From the NCBI GenBank assembly GCA_965644295.1, contig CBFFRP010000009.1, positions 62,001 through 126,000 on the forward strand: a stretch of DNA of 64,000 bases. Direction: 5' to 3'. Origin of the DNA: Paraphysomonas bandaiensis (lineage: Eukaryota > Protista > Chrysophyceae). Position numbers and translations under genes: made by a program. Below are positions 36,810 to 51,237 of this stretch, in pieces; position 1 is the stretch's first letter; every line of letters starts with the position of its first letter. The notes under the pieces were generated by a model. The model made no database searches, had not been told where the DNA came from, and was given only the letters and a program-made list of their open reading frames with translations.

Positions 36810-38250
36810 TTAATCAATTTTACTGACAGCAATGTCCGCAACGGAGTATGTGTGCACGAGCTGCGTAATAAACGTTACACAAAGTCTTGTTAAACAATGT
36901 CGCATCTCACCTGATGCCTAAATATAAATGAATTCAGTCTGAAGAGCAAGAAGGCTATAACAATGAAGAAAGCCATGTACTGAATCCAGGCAAACTTTAA
37001 CACCTCCGAAACCGTCGGGGTGTATCTGTAAAAAATGTAAGCTACTACCCAACAACATATTAACTATTCTTACAAAATGTGTTGTGACGGTATACGGAGT
37101 GTCAGTGTCGTATTAAATACACTCGCGGCGGCCGAAGCATAGGTTGGATCATCTGGATTTATTGGGGCGCTGAAATACGAAAAATTTGGTTCGAATGATA
37201 GGCTGACTGCAGCAAGAGAGCAAGAACCAAATATCAGGGTATAATATATTGAAAAAATAGCTACACGTACGGTTTCTAGCTGCGCTTTTCCTCAACACAG
37301 CCGGGAAACTAACTTCTGAAGCTGACGTGTACTCGTATATAGTGGGGAGAAGAGGTTCTTTATCATAAGGGGATCGGAATCTGAACATAAAATTCGGAAT
37401 TCAATCAGTCGAAGTTGATATCAACAACTCTCAAAGGTACAAAAAAAATAGCAATGGGATACTTAATTTGGTATAGGACTACAATCAACTGGCAGTGGCA
37501 GTGCGTTGAATGAAGGTAAAATCACACTTACCCTCCTTTCGCCCTCATGGGCCATCGCTGTCTGATCACCACATCGCCGTCAATTTCTAGCGACCCCATG
37601 GCAGCTGTACCACTTGAATGTGTGATGTAGACAGCCCCATCAAAGGAAACTTTAGCTTTTTCTTGTACCCGTACATCCGCGAATATCAAAGCATCTAAGC
37701 GAGTAATCTTCTCTCCCACCGCCAATGGAAGGCGCACCCCAATCTCGACACGGTCCGTTAGACCGTCTCTGTTATCGTCCAATTCAGCACTGGTTAAGAT
37801 AGATGATCGAAGCAAATCGCTGCGACTATAAAGATCGTTGATAGCAGTGGATGAACTCCAGAACAAATTCAGAGGAGAGCCATCAGAACTACACAAAACG
37901 AAACAATTAGACATCAAAACAAAAACACACAATCCATCACCTAAATCCATGAAACTGAAAAAGGGCATTGTAGTTATATTGAAAGTCGGGTTGCTCGTAT
38001 ACTGTGCTTTCCTTAATCCAAAATGCTAAAGAAATATAAGTAAACACAAATACAAAACCAACCCACTCACATGATGAGCTATACGCGATAAACAGAGGCA
38101 AAAATATTAATATAAATGCATAAAATACTGTATAGAGACACGCGGCACTAGATGACTGGGCATAGTAGCGTCTGTATAAGGGCTCTCGAAACACCTGTAT
38201 GTATATTAGAGGGGCGCTGAGATACCAACAACCCAAACCTCTAATGCCAT
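36810..38250 (-). CDS. TMEM231: Transmembrane protein 231 (ciliary transition zone, MKS complex), multi-exon
   Basis: MALE|VFREPLYRRY, FWIKESTVYEQP, DGDVVIRQRWP, and the C-terminal YTPTVSEVLKFAWIQYMAFF. Confidence 0.92.
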
Positions 38251-38402
38251 AATACTAATAGCAATAATAAGGAACTAAGAACTACTAGATCACAATCCAC
38301 GATACACTGATTAGGTTAAAAATGAATGAGAACGTGGGGAGCTCTCGAAAAGATATTGAATTTATATGGAGGACCTGGTTAACAACCACTTGAATTCAAA
38401 CC

Positions 38403-38405
38403 ATG

Positions 38406-38437
<32 letters not shown>

Positions 38438-38655
38438 TGTATGTATGTATGTATGTATGTATGTATGTATGTATGTATGTATGTATGTATGTATGTATGT
38501 ATGTATGTATGTATGTATGTATGTATGTATGTATGTATGTATGTATGTATGTATGTATGTATGTATGTATGTATGTATGTATGTATGTATGTATGTATGT
38601 ATGTATGTATGTATGTATGTATGTATGTATGTATGTATGTATGTATGTATGTATG

Positions 38656-38689
<34 letters not shown>

Positions 38690-39472
38690 TGTATGTATGT
38701 ATGTATGTATGTATGTATGTATGTATGTATGTATGTATGTATGTATGTATGTATGTATGTATGTATGTATGTATGTATGTATGTATGTATGTATGTATGT
38801 ATGTATGTATGTATGTATGTATGTATGTATGTATGTATGTATGTATGTGTATGTATGTATGTATGTATGTATGTATGTATGTATGTATGTATGTATGTAT
38901 GTATGTATGTATGTATGTATGTATGTATGTATGTATGTATGTATGTATGTATGTATGTATGTATGTATGTATGTATGTATGTATGTATGTATGTATGTAT
39001 GTATGTATGTATGTATGTATGTATGTATGTATGTATGTATGTATGTATGTATGTATGTATGTATGTATGTATGTATGTATGTATGTATGTATGTATGTAT
39101 GTATGTATGTATGTATGTATGTATGTATGTATGTATGTATGTATGTATGTATGTATGTATGTATGTATGTATGTATGTATGTATGTATGTATGTATGTAT
39201 GTATGTATGTATGTATGTATGTATGTATGTATGTATGTATGTATGTATGTATGTATGTATGTATGTATGTATGTATGTATGTATGTATGTATGTATGTAT
39301 GTATGTATGTATGTATGTATGTATGTATGTATGTATGTATGTATGTATGTATGTATGTATGTATGTATGTATGTATGTATGTATGTATGTATGTATGTAT
39401 GTATGTATGTATGTATGTATGTATGTATGTATGTATGTATGTATGTATGTATGTATGTATGTATGTATGTAT
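38403..39472. repeat. (GTAT)n = (TACA)n microsatellite, ~1070 bp, between the divergent TMEM231 and DENN gene starts
   Basis: Read directly; almost pure, with interruptions near 38658 and 38848. Confidence 0.99.
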
Positions 39473-39569
39473 TGTGAGGATTCAACAGATGTGTTTGTCT
39501 ATTTGCATCGCTTCATATTCTCTGCTCTGGGTATCACAAGATTAAAGTAGCATCTGAGTGGTGTTGCCA

Positions 39570-42500
39570 TGTCTACATCTAGTAAGAAGATGTATGATGC
39601 CTTTTTCTGGGTTAAGCCCATCAAATCATCTGATGAATCCAAGGTAAGATATCTCGTATGTCATTTAACTCCTCTTACCTCTATATAGGTGTATGATAAG
39701 GCTGAAGTTGTATGGCATTATCCAGAAGATGTCTCTCGTGTGGTTGCGGCATTTCGTGACATTCCGAACTTTTGTTTCCCTGATTTAGAAACACTTAAGT
39801 TGGAAAAAGCTCAGGAGGCTAGAATCGAGCACTTCACCTTTACTTTGACCGACGAGGATGGGGGGAGGGTGTATGGAGTGTGTATGAGGCATCTGGATGG
39901 AGGGGTGGGGCAGAGGTATGATGTGAAGAGGCGTCCACGGCACTGCCTTTGCATTATAACTAAGAATCCTTTTTTTGCTATGTTTCGGTCGTGCTTGCTA
40001 CAGGTATGCTCCTCTGAATCATATGCTGGTGGTCATACTTTTCTTACTTAAGGTACATTCAATGACGCTACTCGACCAATCCGAGAGCTACTCGTCCTCT
40101 AGTTGCCAGAAGCACTTCTTGGCAGCCCTGTACGCCCACAAGGTGCCCTCTGTTGGAGAGAGTGTGACTATACCCCCTAGCCCTTCCCATTGGCGCTATA
40201 CGTCCTTCTCGATGACCGCCACGGCTGGTGGATCTACTCATTCAATTGCCCCCCTTATGGAGGTCCTTGGGATAGAAAAGTTTTTTTTAATCCTCTCTGC
40301 GATATTGTGTGAGAACAGAGTGGTATTTATTGCAACCGATGTGGACAGACTCTCCGATGCTGTACATGCAGTTACATCTATGCTCCTTCCCTTCCGGTGG
40401 CAGCACATATTTATTCCCCTTTTGCCATCTAAACTCCTCACTTTTGTGTCTTCGCCAATGCCATTCATTATAGGCGTGCGTCGTTATCTCCTACCGGCCC
40501 TACTCAAGGAAGCTCTCTCGGATGTCATATTAGTGGACGCCGATTCCGGAGAGTGTACTGTAATGGGCGAGGTCAGTATCCGTGACATTCTGGGGGCCGA
40601 AGCGGCTTCCAACCAATCATCATCCTCCGCCGGAGCGCTTTCTGGTATGGGTCTCATGCGAGCAGGAGTTAAAATGTTTAGAGACAGTCAGTTGTCTGCT
40701 GGATCAGCTAGTGGCCAGCCTGTTACAGACGGACTTATGAACTCTATTCTCAATGTCATTCGGCCAGTAATGCAGAAAAAACCAGCAGGTAATTCGACAG
40801 TGTATTCTCGGGTTGTTCGTTTGTATTGTACGGAGTAAGTACTAGGGCTCGACTGTGTTTTCAGTGGTGGTTTCACTGTACGCAAATGTTAATGAATTCT
40901 GTAGGGGCTGGAGTAGGCATGATGCGTATGGGCCGATCTGCAGCTGACACTTCTCGAGACAAGTAAGTTTCCTTGCTAATTGAAGGATATAAATTATCCT
41001 GGTGATATCTCTGTGGTACAGATGGATGGCAGAAGTCGATAAAGCAACACGGCAAGCACTGCTGTTATTTTATGTTTATTTGTTTGGTGACATATCGGAC
41101 GACCTTAACCCCGCTGCTGCCCGAGCATCTATGGGAAACGATGATAAGACCAGTCGTGGAGAGGCGAAAAAGGGTGAAAGTTTCGGGATTGGTGATAGCC
41201 GAGCGGCTTTTAATTTACAGAGCTTCTTGGTGCGTCGACGACAGATGGGCACATCAAATTCCATTATGGAATTCCTTGATTCATTTACTCACTCTCAAAT
41301 GTTTGAGCGCTTCTGTGCAGAACGAGTTCAGCTCCATCACTCACGTCATTCTTTAAGGAAGTCTGTGGGTGAGCCTCATTCCAGCGGTAAGACGGTGTTG
41401 GAGGTTGTGGAGACGGAGTACGACAAAGTATGTGTTGAGATGCGTATGCAACACTTGTCGTCCACGTTGCACAATATTCGTCACATAATCGACGAGCAAA
41501 AATGGAAAAAGCGCGGTGTAGGGTCAAGTACTGCAAGTGAATTGGGCGAACAATTTCACTCACTGGCGTTGCAGCTTACGTCGAACACATCGACAGTGGC
41601 ATCCAGCGGAAAGGAGGAAATAGGGAAAGTAGTGAAGGGAAGCCTCGAGGAGGTGTGTATGAATGCAGTGTCGGATGCTGTACAAATGGAAAGGGTGCTG
41701 AAGACTGTTTGGCTGCGACTGGAGGATTGTAAGCAGTTTAATTGGAAACATGGCTTGAGGGGACTTCAACTTCTTCATGTGTTGTTGTTGCAAGGCCCAC
41801 ATGCTGTGCTATCTGAAGCACTTGACCACTTTAGTTTGATTCAGTCCTTGACAGAGTACAGGTATACATGCGTTTGCTTTTAGTTCTCGAACCCTGATTT
41901 CTATTGTAGTTTCAGTCATAGTAGTACATGCCCATCTGAATCACGGCAGCTAATCAGGAGAAAAGCACATGAGATACTTTTGTTGCTGTTGGACAACAGT
42001 TTGTTGGCATTACAACGTAGATGGGTGAGTCTCAGCCGTGTTGGGGCATTTCCGTTTTATTGCCTTCAGGAGATCATAGTCAAACAGAGGAAGGTAGATG
42101 CTGCGAAGCTGAAAGATCGTAATTTTAACTTTCAGAGTCCAAACCAAATACCCTCATTCTCTAACTTGCATGAGTCATACCGTCCTCCTGAGTGGACAGG
42201 AAACAGGGAAGGTCCAATTCCTTCTGCCAGTCATCCCCAAGAGCAGCCGGCGACAAGTCTCATTGACTTTGACGAGGGCTTTTTTACTCAAATCCCGAGT
42301 GAATCTACTGTAGGGGGGGTTGAATCTGTCAATGCCTGCGACACCTTTTCATCTTCCTTTGGAGACGATGTATTCGGAAACGTGCCGAATAGTGATTCTG
42401 ATAAAATGGGCTTCAATTCAATGGAAAATATGAAGCAGGACGGATTCGAAGAGGTTGATAGCAACGCGTTTGATTCATTTGGAAGTACGAAACAAGACAG

Positions 42501-43275
42501 AGACAAAGAAGTATTTGATCCATTTTTTGGAAGCTCCGCGAAAAGCTCTGGTGACGAAGACTTCGCAGTCTGTGGGTTTGATCCGTTTTCCGCAAGTTCA
42601 GAGAAAGGCTCTGTGCCTATCAACAACAATACTTTTAGTGCTGATGACCCATTTACATCAAGTCATGTTGATTTTGGATCTACACCAAATGATCCGTTTT
42701 CTTCGTTTGGAGGAAATTCCTCAGGGAGTTATTCAGATCCATTTGCCCCAACTTCTAGTATTGATCCATTTGCTGCCGGCGCCGACTCGAATGGCTGGAG
42801 TAGTGTAAGTTCCACTACGACGTCGACTGATCCTTTTGGAACGACGTCATTTGATGCATTTTCTTCAGGTAATACAACGTGTATTTCGAGTGTACCTTCC
42901 TCTGCATACAGTAGTAGTTCAGTGTTTTTAAGCAGCACAACAGTTCCGACTGCTTCTCCCGTACAGTCGAGATCTTGTGGGAGCGGATATCATGACCCCT
43001 TTGCTGACCTAGCGGCACCCCGTACTGCCCCGATTCAGCAACAACAAATAAACTCCCTCCCCTTGCCAGGTGGAAGTGGGATGATGAGCTACGGCGGTGC
43101 CTCCATGTCATCAGGATATACTCCGCAATCTACCACATTCAGGCCACCTGCAGCACACCAACCAAGCTCGTGGCCTAATGGGCGGCAATACCAAAATTCT
43201 CAAGTTGATAGCCAAGGTAAAGAAGATCCGTTTGCCAACATATTAAGTAGCTGGGGCTCTCCACAAAAGAAGTGA
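39570..43275 (+). CDS. DENN-domain Rab GEF fused to an internal ENTH domain and a DPF-rich tail
   Basis: uDENN (IPNFCFP, FTFTLTDEDGGRVYGVC), cDENN (LLPFRWQHIFIPLLP, SPMPFIIG) and dDENN (HSQMFERF). ENTH: VWLRLED...NWKHGLRGLQLL...IRRKAHEILLLLLD. The tail has LIDFD and 9 DPF motifs. Confidence 0.88.
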
Positions 43276-44314
43276 TACGTTGATATATTACCGTTGAGGA
43301 TGCATTTACTGAGCTTTATACTCTGATATTAGCTGGTGAACTAAAGTTAGTAGCAACTTCGTGTACATGATATAACGTGGTATATTTTACGGCTGCTTGT
43401 AGAGAAGTAGGTACTGTGTTTGTGCTGATTGTTTAAGAATGAACTTCGATATGAGCTAGTAAATTTCATTACAGATGTATTACTGTCTGCAACGTGAATA
43501 TGCAAATCATTTTCATTATAATACAACAATGACTTTCGCTGGGTATTATTTTACTGACTTAGACTAGAGGCCGAACGGAATAAATGAACACTTAGACTTT
43601 GAGCGCTGAACATGCAACAATTTCGTCTTGGTGCTTCTTCGAAAACATACTTTCGAGGATCATGTACTATTGAATATTGAATACTGTCTTGTATTATTAG
43701 CAACAGGCGTTTAAGAGTCAGAACTAATTTATCATTCAATTTAACTAACAAGGCGATGTTAAACCTTATCCTGTCCTGATCCACTTCGCTTGGTAAATCG
43801 CAAGACATCAATATCAAAATCATACCCACTCAAATGAGTGAACAAAGCTATGTACTCGATTTGATGCTCTTTTGTTCTTAGCAGGTGACGGTTTATTCTT
43901 GCTCAGCTTGCTTTTGCACTTTTCAACTGGCGTAGTAGTTTAGTGCAGAGTTGGACAAGATTATCCGCCAAGTTGGAGTACCCCTCCGTTGCAAAAATTT
44001 CATTGCAGCTAGGTTCAACTAGTGCCATCAATGTAATATCACAATTATAATAAAAATATTTGGTGTAACTTCTTTGTTGGTAGTTTAGTAGAAAATGTAA
44101 TTATAATTATTACGAAAGTATCACTTGCATCAACAAACACCATAACCTATCAATACTCATGCTTAAGTGTACTCATTAGAAAGTGCGAGGATAAGGAGCT
44201 CTAGAGCTCCTTCATTGTACAATGCTAGCCAATATATATCCCTCCCAGTAGATTTCAATATGTACTTTTGAATGCTTTCGACATGATAGCTCCACTACAG
44301 CTGCGCTAACTGTA

Positions 44315-46847
44315 CTACTGGTATTTGTCAATGGCGTCAATCATCTGCTTACACTCCGAAGAATAATTAATGGGATCTACTTTCATAATCGAGCTCTTCA
44401 CCCTCATTTCATCGTTCACACTTTCTTGTTTAATCCGTGCCTACAAATTGGTACGTTAATAAAGTATTCATAAACTACCTTAAGGATGCTTACTTTTCCA
44501 ATGAGAGTCTGGAAGAGAGCTTTCGAGAATACCGCTTCATATCCGGCTTCATCGCCATTTAATTTCATCTGATGTAAGTCTTCTGCAGTGCACCCGAGAA
44601 TTTGCTCTGCCTAAAATTACACAAAACAATGAGTAAGTCATTATCGGTTAAGGAAACTATCACTGACCGTGTCATTGAATAAACTAAACCATGACTGACC
44701 GGAATGATCTGACATAGTTAAAGACAAAATAAACCGCCGCGTGCACTGTAAATATCATATAAAAAGGACTTGGTCAATGCAAAGTCTTAGTATTACATAG
44801 GACTTACAGTAGGAAACTCTTGATTGCACTTTTCACAGTTCCACATTTGATTGAACCCCTCCAGCACCTGATGCACACAATTAGAGTATACCATTACAAT
44901 GAACTTTGCAACCTTTTTGTTGCAGTTACCGCTCGGACATGCAGTGTACCAGGGCTCATTGTCATGTCGGATGTAAGTAACTGTCCCTTTAAAGGACACA
45001 TAGTCAGGCTTCTCGCCCATACCGAGACCATCATCTTTAATAGATGCAATGCTAATCCGTTGGTCAAGAGCAGCTGTTGTACCACCTACACAGCTCCAAT
45101 GTCAACAATGAAGCGGAAGTGAACGTTCAACCAGAACGTACCTGTACCAGCTGCAGAAAGAGAGTTTGAGGGAGCAGAATCTCCACCCGATGCGCGCCAT
45201 TGGTGCAATTGCATAGCCTCATCTATGGGAGGATTGATGGCCATATTAGAGCTCTGGCGCATACCTAGATGCAGATTAGTTTTTTCACAGCCTTTCGTCA
45301 CAAACTTAACAAACTTACCCAGAGTGCGACCGTTATAATCCCCAACTACAACCCCCTTGCATGCAACAATAGGGCCTTCGTGCCAAGCTGTATCAGCCTG
45401 AATTCCACGTTAAATACTTAAAACTACATGAACTTTACAGTGATTTCATACCAGTGCCTTATCTCCCCACAAAGTGAGTCTCACGTCATATCCCGAGTCG
45501 TCATAAAGGGTCAGATCTCTCTTGTGTAGTACCTTTCCACCCATCTTCTGAGACACCACTTCAGAACAATCTGTGGCACTACGGACGATACCCAGAACAT
45601 CCACAGTGGAGTTAACTTCAACAGTTGACAAGTTCGCAATCTTCGTAAAATTATAGCTCATGGACTTGATGTCGTCATCGTCAGCTGCTGGTCGAATTTC
45701 ACTATTTGCGTCGAATGTCAACTCGTAGTCGTTCTTTATCGCGCTGTATTTTCTATCTCCGACTTTCAATCGCCCACCAGCAAACGTATATACCTATCCC
45801 ATGATTATATCTTTCCTGACAATATATAGTATGAACATTTGCACCTTTTGTTGCTCAAGAAGTTGGAACCACTTTTCACAGGAGTCCTTAAAAAACGTAG
45901 CACGAATCTCACCACCGTCGCTGTCTAACAAATCAATAGAAAAGAGAGTACCCTCGCCACGGGCGTTAGACCAACGACGAATATCACTCTTGTTGGTAAT
46001 TCTAGCTTTTATGGTCCACCTAGTGCAACATATATATTACATACTGGCTTGATGATCACTGGTATTCAACCTGTTGGAGTAGGGGTTCAGTGCACGGATG
46101 GGTACAATGCCCTGATTATGCCCGGGGCCATCCCTTGCAGTTGGCCGATGGCTAGACTGCATAGTGTCATATACCGAGGTACCACCAGATGGTCGGGAAG
46201 AGTATGGTGACGATTTATAGTCAGCGATACCACCGGTGCGTGGAGGATAATTAGCTGCTGGCGGCTGCGGTGGATGTGGTGGAAGTGAGGAGGGAGGAAC
46301 ATTAGGGACATTTGCAGCTGTCATATCGCCAGCGTCATCACCATCAAATCCGATGACATCAAGATCAAGTAGCACTATTATCCTGAATTTATAATTACTG
46401 AAGGTCAAAGACACACATATGGCACGTACTGCTGTCCTTGTAGATTATTCAGTACGAAATCCGACAGCTTTATCACACTCCCAACTTTCAGTGTCCCGCC
46501 AGCAACCATCTAAATTACCATCATATAAGTTTATTTATGAATTATATGAATAATAAGAGTGTATTACATCATTTTTTTGTGTCGCCAGCATAGCATGAAT
46601 TGTATCTCTCCCATCCATAAGAGATAACCTGTTCACACTCTTAGTTCAAGACACTCTCTTAGTCTATACCGTCATACCTGTATCTCTGTGGTTTGTTTTC
46701 ACCAGGCTGTGTCAGCCCCTTTATTTGAGCTATCTATACAACAGCATCAACACACTCACTCATCCTATCGTCAAGTCTTACCTTCACCACGGGGTGAAAG
46801 TCTGTTTCCCCACTAAAAATTCGGGATATTGAACCGGGAATTGCCAT
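44315..46847 (-). CDS. RPA1: Replication protein A 70-kDa subunit, multi-exon
   Basis: IVPIRALNPYSN|RWTIKARITNKSDIRRWSNARGEGTLFSIDLLD, KNDYELTF, VRLTLWG, and the zinc ribbon YTACP..CNKKV..WNCEKC. Confidence 0.97.
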
Positions 46848-48328
46848 GTCAATACCTCAATAGAGTGATGTGATGTATTTAATGTACGTAGAGGATGATA
46901 TGAAGTCAATCGATCCAATTCAATGAGAGTAATTCAATAATTCACTTACTGCACTTCACTCTTCAGACATGATCAGAACATCATGTTTTTTTAGGCACTT
47001 CTTTAATCTACATAAAAAAAAAGATTCGAAATTTAAATTCGAAAGTTTGAAATGAGTTTTTTGTGCCAATCATTTTAGTGCAATCTACTGATGTCCACAT
47101 AAACTTGATATGAAGCACTTGATTGGTCCCACTGAATATCATGCATCCAGATATTGGACCGTATCTCAATTCTCAATAGTGTAGATATCTAGATACAACA
47201 TCGTTAGCTTAGGAGTTCACTACAGTGCCGCAGAGTACTGATTAGTAAATACTTATTCCTGAGGCATGATTGTATGTCAAAGATCTGGATTAAAGCAATG
47301 ATGAACTGCATGTATTCGGTGTAGATGTGAAAGAGATGACGCGACAGACTCGACAAAACAAACAAATAATCATAGAGGGTCATGAACTATTGTCGGCGTC
47401 ACTAAACACATAGCAGATATGGAATATCCATGTTTTGGGAGAAAATGTCTATTACTATATGTCAAAGGGCCCACTAAACAGTATAGAGATATCGAAAAGG
47501 GCAGACACCAACTATATTCATGACGACTAGTTAACAATTGCAGGTAGATTGAAGCGTGTTATCACAAAATACGTATCAGCAATATTATTACTACAGTATT
47601 ATCTACGGGACTGTTTGTTCTGTGTAGTCAATTGACGAGAAGGGCAAAGAGTTAGTGATTATTGAGTTGGAATTGTTCATTAATGGGTTTATTGGATGTA
47701 TTTTTCGTGGATCAAGACTGACGGGAAGGTGATGAACGGCATCTTACAGATGATATGTACGACATTATCATTTATGGTAATAAATTTTATGACTGTGATT
47801 ATGCTGCCGTGTATTGCTGATAGAAATTATTTAAATCATGATAGAGAATTACATGTACTGTTGCGCAGTATCTATTTAGAACTATCATTTCAACTTATTC
47901 TAGAATGAAGTAATAGTTCTAATGCTGTAGCTATGAGGTGAATAATATTGTATATTCCGCGAATGTCTGAGCATATGTAATATGTAACACTGCCGTGCAC
48001 GACACAATAGTCAGTACATTGTAAATTAAAGTAATAGCTTCGTATATGTATATCTACGGAAGTGAATAGCACAGTCTACTTTATGACAATTACTCATTTT
48101 AAGAACATATTTGTTTATATGATATTAAGTATTTAAGTCCACACTTATCGCCTACACATTAGAAAGTACAATAATACAGCCATGTGATGTTGTTCAAGGT
48201 TCAAGATTCAAGAATTTCTGGGCATAGAAACTAAGTGCCCATATATTCCAACGAATTAGAAAATACATGTATATAATACCCACATTTAGTATGTGAAGTC
48301 ATTCGTGAAGCCTCATGAGCAAAGAGCA

Positions 48329-49350
48329 TTATTCATCACCAGTTTGGAGGGAAAACTCTCTAACATTCTCGCGCGACGATATGTTCTCTGAAGACTCCAC
48401 ATCAGCATCGCATGGAGCGTCTTTAGAATATAAGATAGAGAAAAGAAACCCTTTCCATTTCTTACGAACATTTGGTAGCGAATGGTATACAATGGCGTTG
48501 CAAAATCCTACGCAGTAACCCGTGTAGAATAATTTTGATAGCCATGGGCGGTGATACCCAAAAAAAGATGCAATTCGAAATACACACGGAAAGAAAAAAC
48601 AAACCAGAATTACGACAGGAAACCATATGAGTTGTCGAACCACAGTTTGTATCGCAAGTGATGTGTCAGACACGCAAAGACGCTCCGGATATACAGTATT
48701 AGATATCTGTTGCACTGATTACAAAAATATAGGCGAGAAGATAACTTTACCAGTAAAGTTCTTACACGACCGCTAACAGAAATATACACTGCGATATCGT
48801 ACACCATGGTAATCCAGAGGGGTATGTAGAAGCACACCAGGATCATAAAGACCCTTTTCTCGCTGCTAATGTCATCGCGAATCCAACTACAAAAGAACTA
48901 TGATCTACTATTCTTGTTAATATTAGTAAACTCGACTTACCAGATGTGTCTGGAGTTATCTCTGCCGTATGCATCCACTACAGCTGGAACGAGAGATAAC
49001 AGAGCTGGTATCCCCCATATAGCTATCATTTCACTACTGTTAACAATAGACTGGGTAATGTTTCTCTTTCTTCCGCGATAAAAAAGAATAAATATGGTGC
49101 GCGCAATGAAGAATGAAGTCGTACAAGTAGTGAGGCCAAAGTAATTTGAACATACAGCTTGTATTCGGCACCACGTATCAGTAGCATTCGTAAAAGCCCC
49201 AGATACATACATTCCGAAATCAGATAGCGCCAGAAAAAATAAGAGCTGGCCACATCCTGTTCTGAGGCTACTAAACATGGCTAGACTGAGAAATATTGAG
49301 CATGATCCGAGCACGCTGAAGCTGAACAATATGATCAAAGCAATATTCAT
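48329..49350 (-). CDS. 7TM GPCR of the cAMP-receptor/GCR1-like class (3 exons)
   Basis: LLFFLALSD, CRIQA, W|CWI, FYIPLWI, LIWFPVVILVCFFFP and GFCNAIVY. Confidence 0.8.
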
Positions 49351-49862
49351 GAGTGTGCAAAAGTTGCACAGGGTTTGATAAGCAGTAATGTAATATTACT
49401 GGTAATGGTGATTGGTCTATATGGTAGATAAAGTAGATGATTCAACGTTGCTTGTGATTCACATCAAAGTGATAAGAATCGAGTAAGCAGACTAGCAGAT
49501 GAATCCTTTAATTAAAGGAAAGGTGTGGACATTGATGTGGATAGATTGAGAGAAGTTAAGAACCTGTGAATTCTGAAGCATGGTGCGATAATTCACCGCC
49601 ACCAACTAGCCAATGATAGAGCTCCTTTTCTCCGGCTGTTTGCAGAAAACATACTGAATCCCTAGTTTTTTTATTAATTTCTGTATTTTACTGTAAACTG
49701 TCCAAAAAAACAACACAAAAATATAGGTGGGTGATTCACCAATCAACCTTCATAGAGGAGCGATGGGATAGATACTGTGAATCGGATATGATATTATGTA
49801 CATGACCGTACTCCAGTAATAGAGTAGTGGTTAACTGCAATGAGAATGGTATGGTAGCATGT

Positions 49863-50040
49863 CCAACTAGCGAATGTTGTTGAGAGGCTCTTTAGTCGTG
49901 CAAAGTTGATTATGACACCTGAGCGTAGAAACATGAATCCATATCGTCTAGAAGCCAATTACATGTTGTGGGATGCTTATACCCTCCATGAAGCCCTGCA
50001 AGAAGGTCCTGATGTGCATGTAGAGAGAGAAGTAGTTACA
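49863..50040 (+). pseudogene. hAT-family transposase remnant (C-terminal dimerization region)
   Basis: With a 1-nt frameshift it translates as PTS/NVVERLFSRAKLIMTPERRNMNPYRLE..W, the hAT dimerization signature. There is a second copy at 6056-6192. Confidence 0.82.
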
Positions 50041-51039
50041 ATCGTTGTCTGCTATTTAACTAAAAATTAGTATATATATATTTGTATCAGGTATAGTAAG
50101 CAGTCATGACTGATTATGATGACGTTGTCTGATATGATTTTCATGTAGTATAATGCATCGACATGTGCACTTGCAAGCGTCTAGAACAGACCATCATCAT
50201 TCACCAGGACAGGCATTGTGGGGATTGGGAGGCGATGAAGAAGCCCCGTTGAGATATACTGAAAGGAAATCTTTAAATGCCTGTGTTTGACGAGTGTTAA
50301 TAATGGACTGAAGGCATCAGAGTTAGCTTGAATTTGCAGCAGATTTTGGAAGAAGTGTCCTTCATGCGTCAGCGTGTAAAACTGTACCAGTGAGACTGTT
50401 TCGTTAGTTGGTTGTCATTACCGTGGGAGGACCCAGCCCAAGAGTTCCTATCCTAATACCTGCTGCTGTGAAAACTATCTTAAAGGGTCCTAATATCTGC
50501 CACTAGTATAAGAGGTATATATGCCAACGACACGGACCGCAAGTTGTTTGCATTAGTAAAAGTAGATTGGGCAGGAGCGTATATGTACCAACTTCGACAT
50601 GGTACTCGTCGTATATTCATGTAGCTATCTATATTGTTTCGGTGCATGCAATAGTAATTTGATCAGTCATCTTCAGCGTTGCTGAATTATTTAGTTGGTT
50701 GCGGTAATGCACAAGCTTGCGCTTCTTGCGTGTACCTGTCTGGGAGATGTCTGCGTCGGGTAGGGCTAAGTGTGTCTACATTGATTGGCTCGCATTTCGG
50801 CATATCCTCTGTGCAAACATCGGTCAATGACGCCCCCGTCGGCAACCAATCTACAGCTCAACCAAACTCAGAAATGTTTGTGCTAATAAATAGAACAGAA
50901 TCTATCATTGGACCACCAGTCAATTTGCTGTAATTTCCTAGTCACATCGAAAATAGTGTAAAAACAAGCCATTAAATAATTCCTTTATTTTCAGTTTACA
51001 ATGACTATGTTGATTTAGTGATTATAATGGGAGAATATA

Positions 51040-51185
51040 CTGAAGTTAACTCTGCTCTTCACGTTACACGTGAACCTTCAACTTGAGTGTTGCACACAAC
51101 CTACTTCAAGAATATATTATAATTTTAATCAAAGCACTTCCCATAGCATCTGTTTATCATATACATGTTCACCAGTGTATCCTAT
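51040..51185 (+). repeat. Repeat family C copy (without the nested MITE)
   Basis: Shares blocks with 9697-10035. Confidence 0.6.
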
Positions 51186-51237
51186 AGTTATATATAACCA
51201 CGGATAATAAGGAGGCTATATGGTACATGGCTATATG

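Noticed and set aside
38366-39550. 350-390-aa MYVC/YIHT ORFs
   Set aside because: Microsatellite artefacts.
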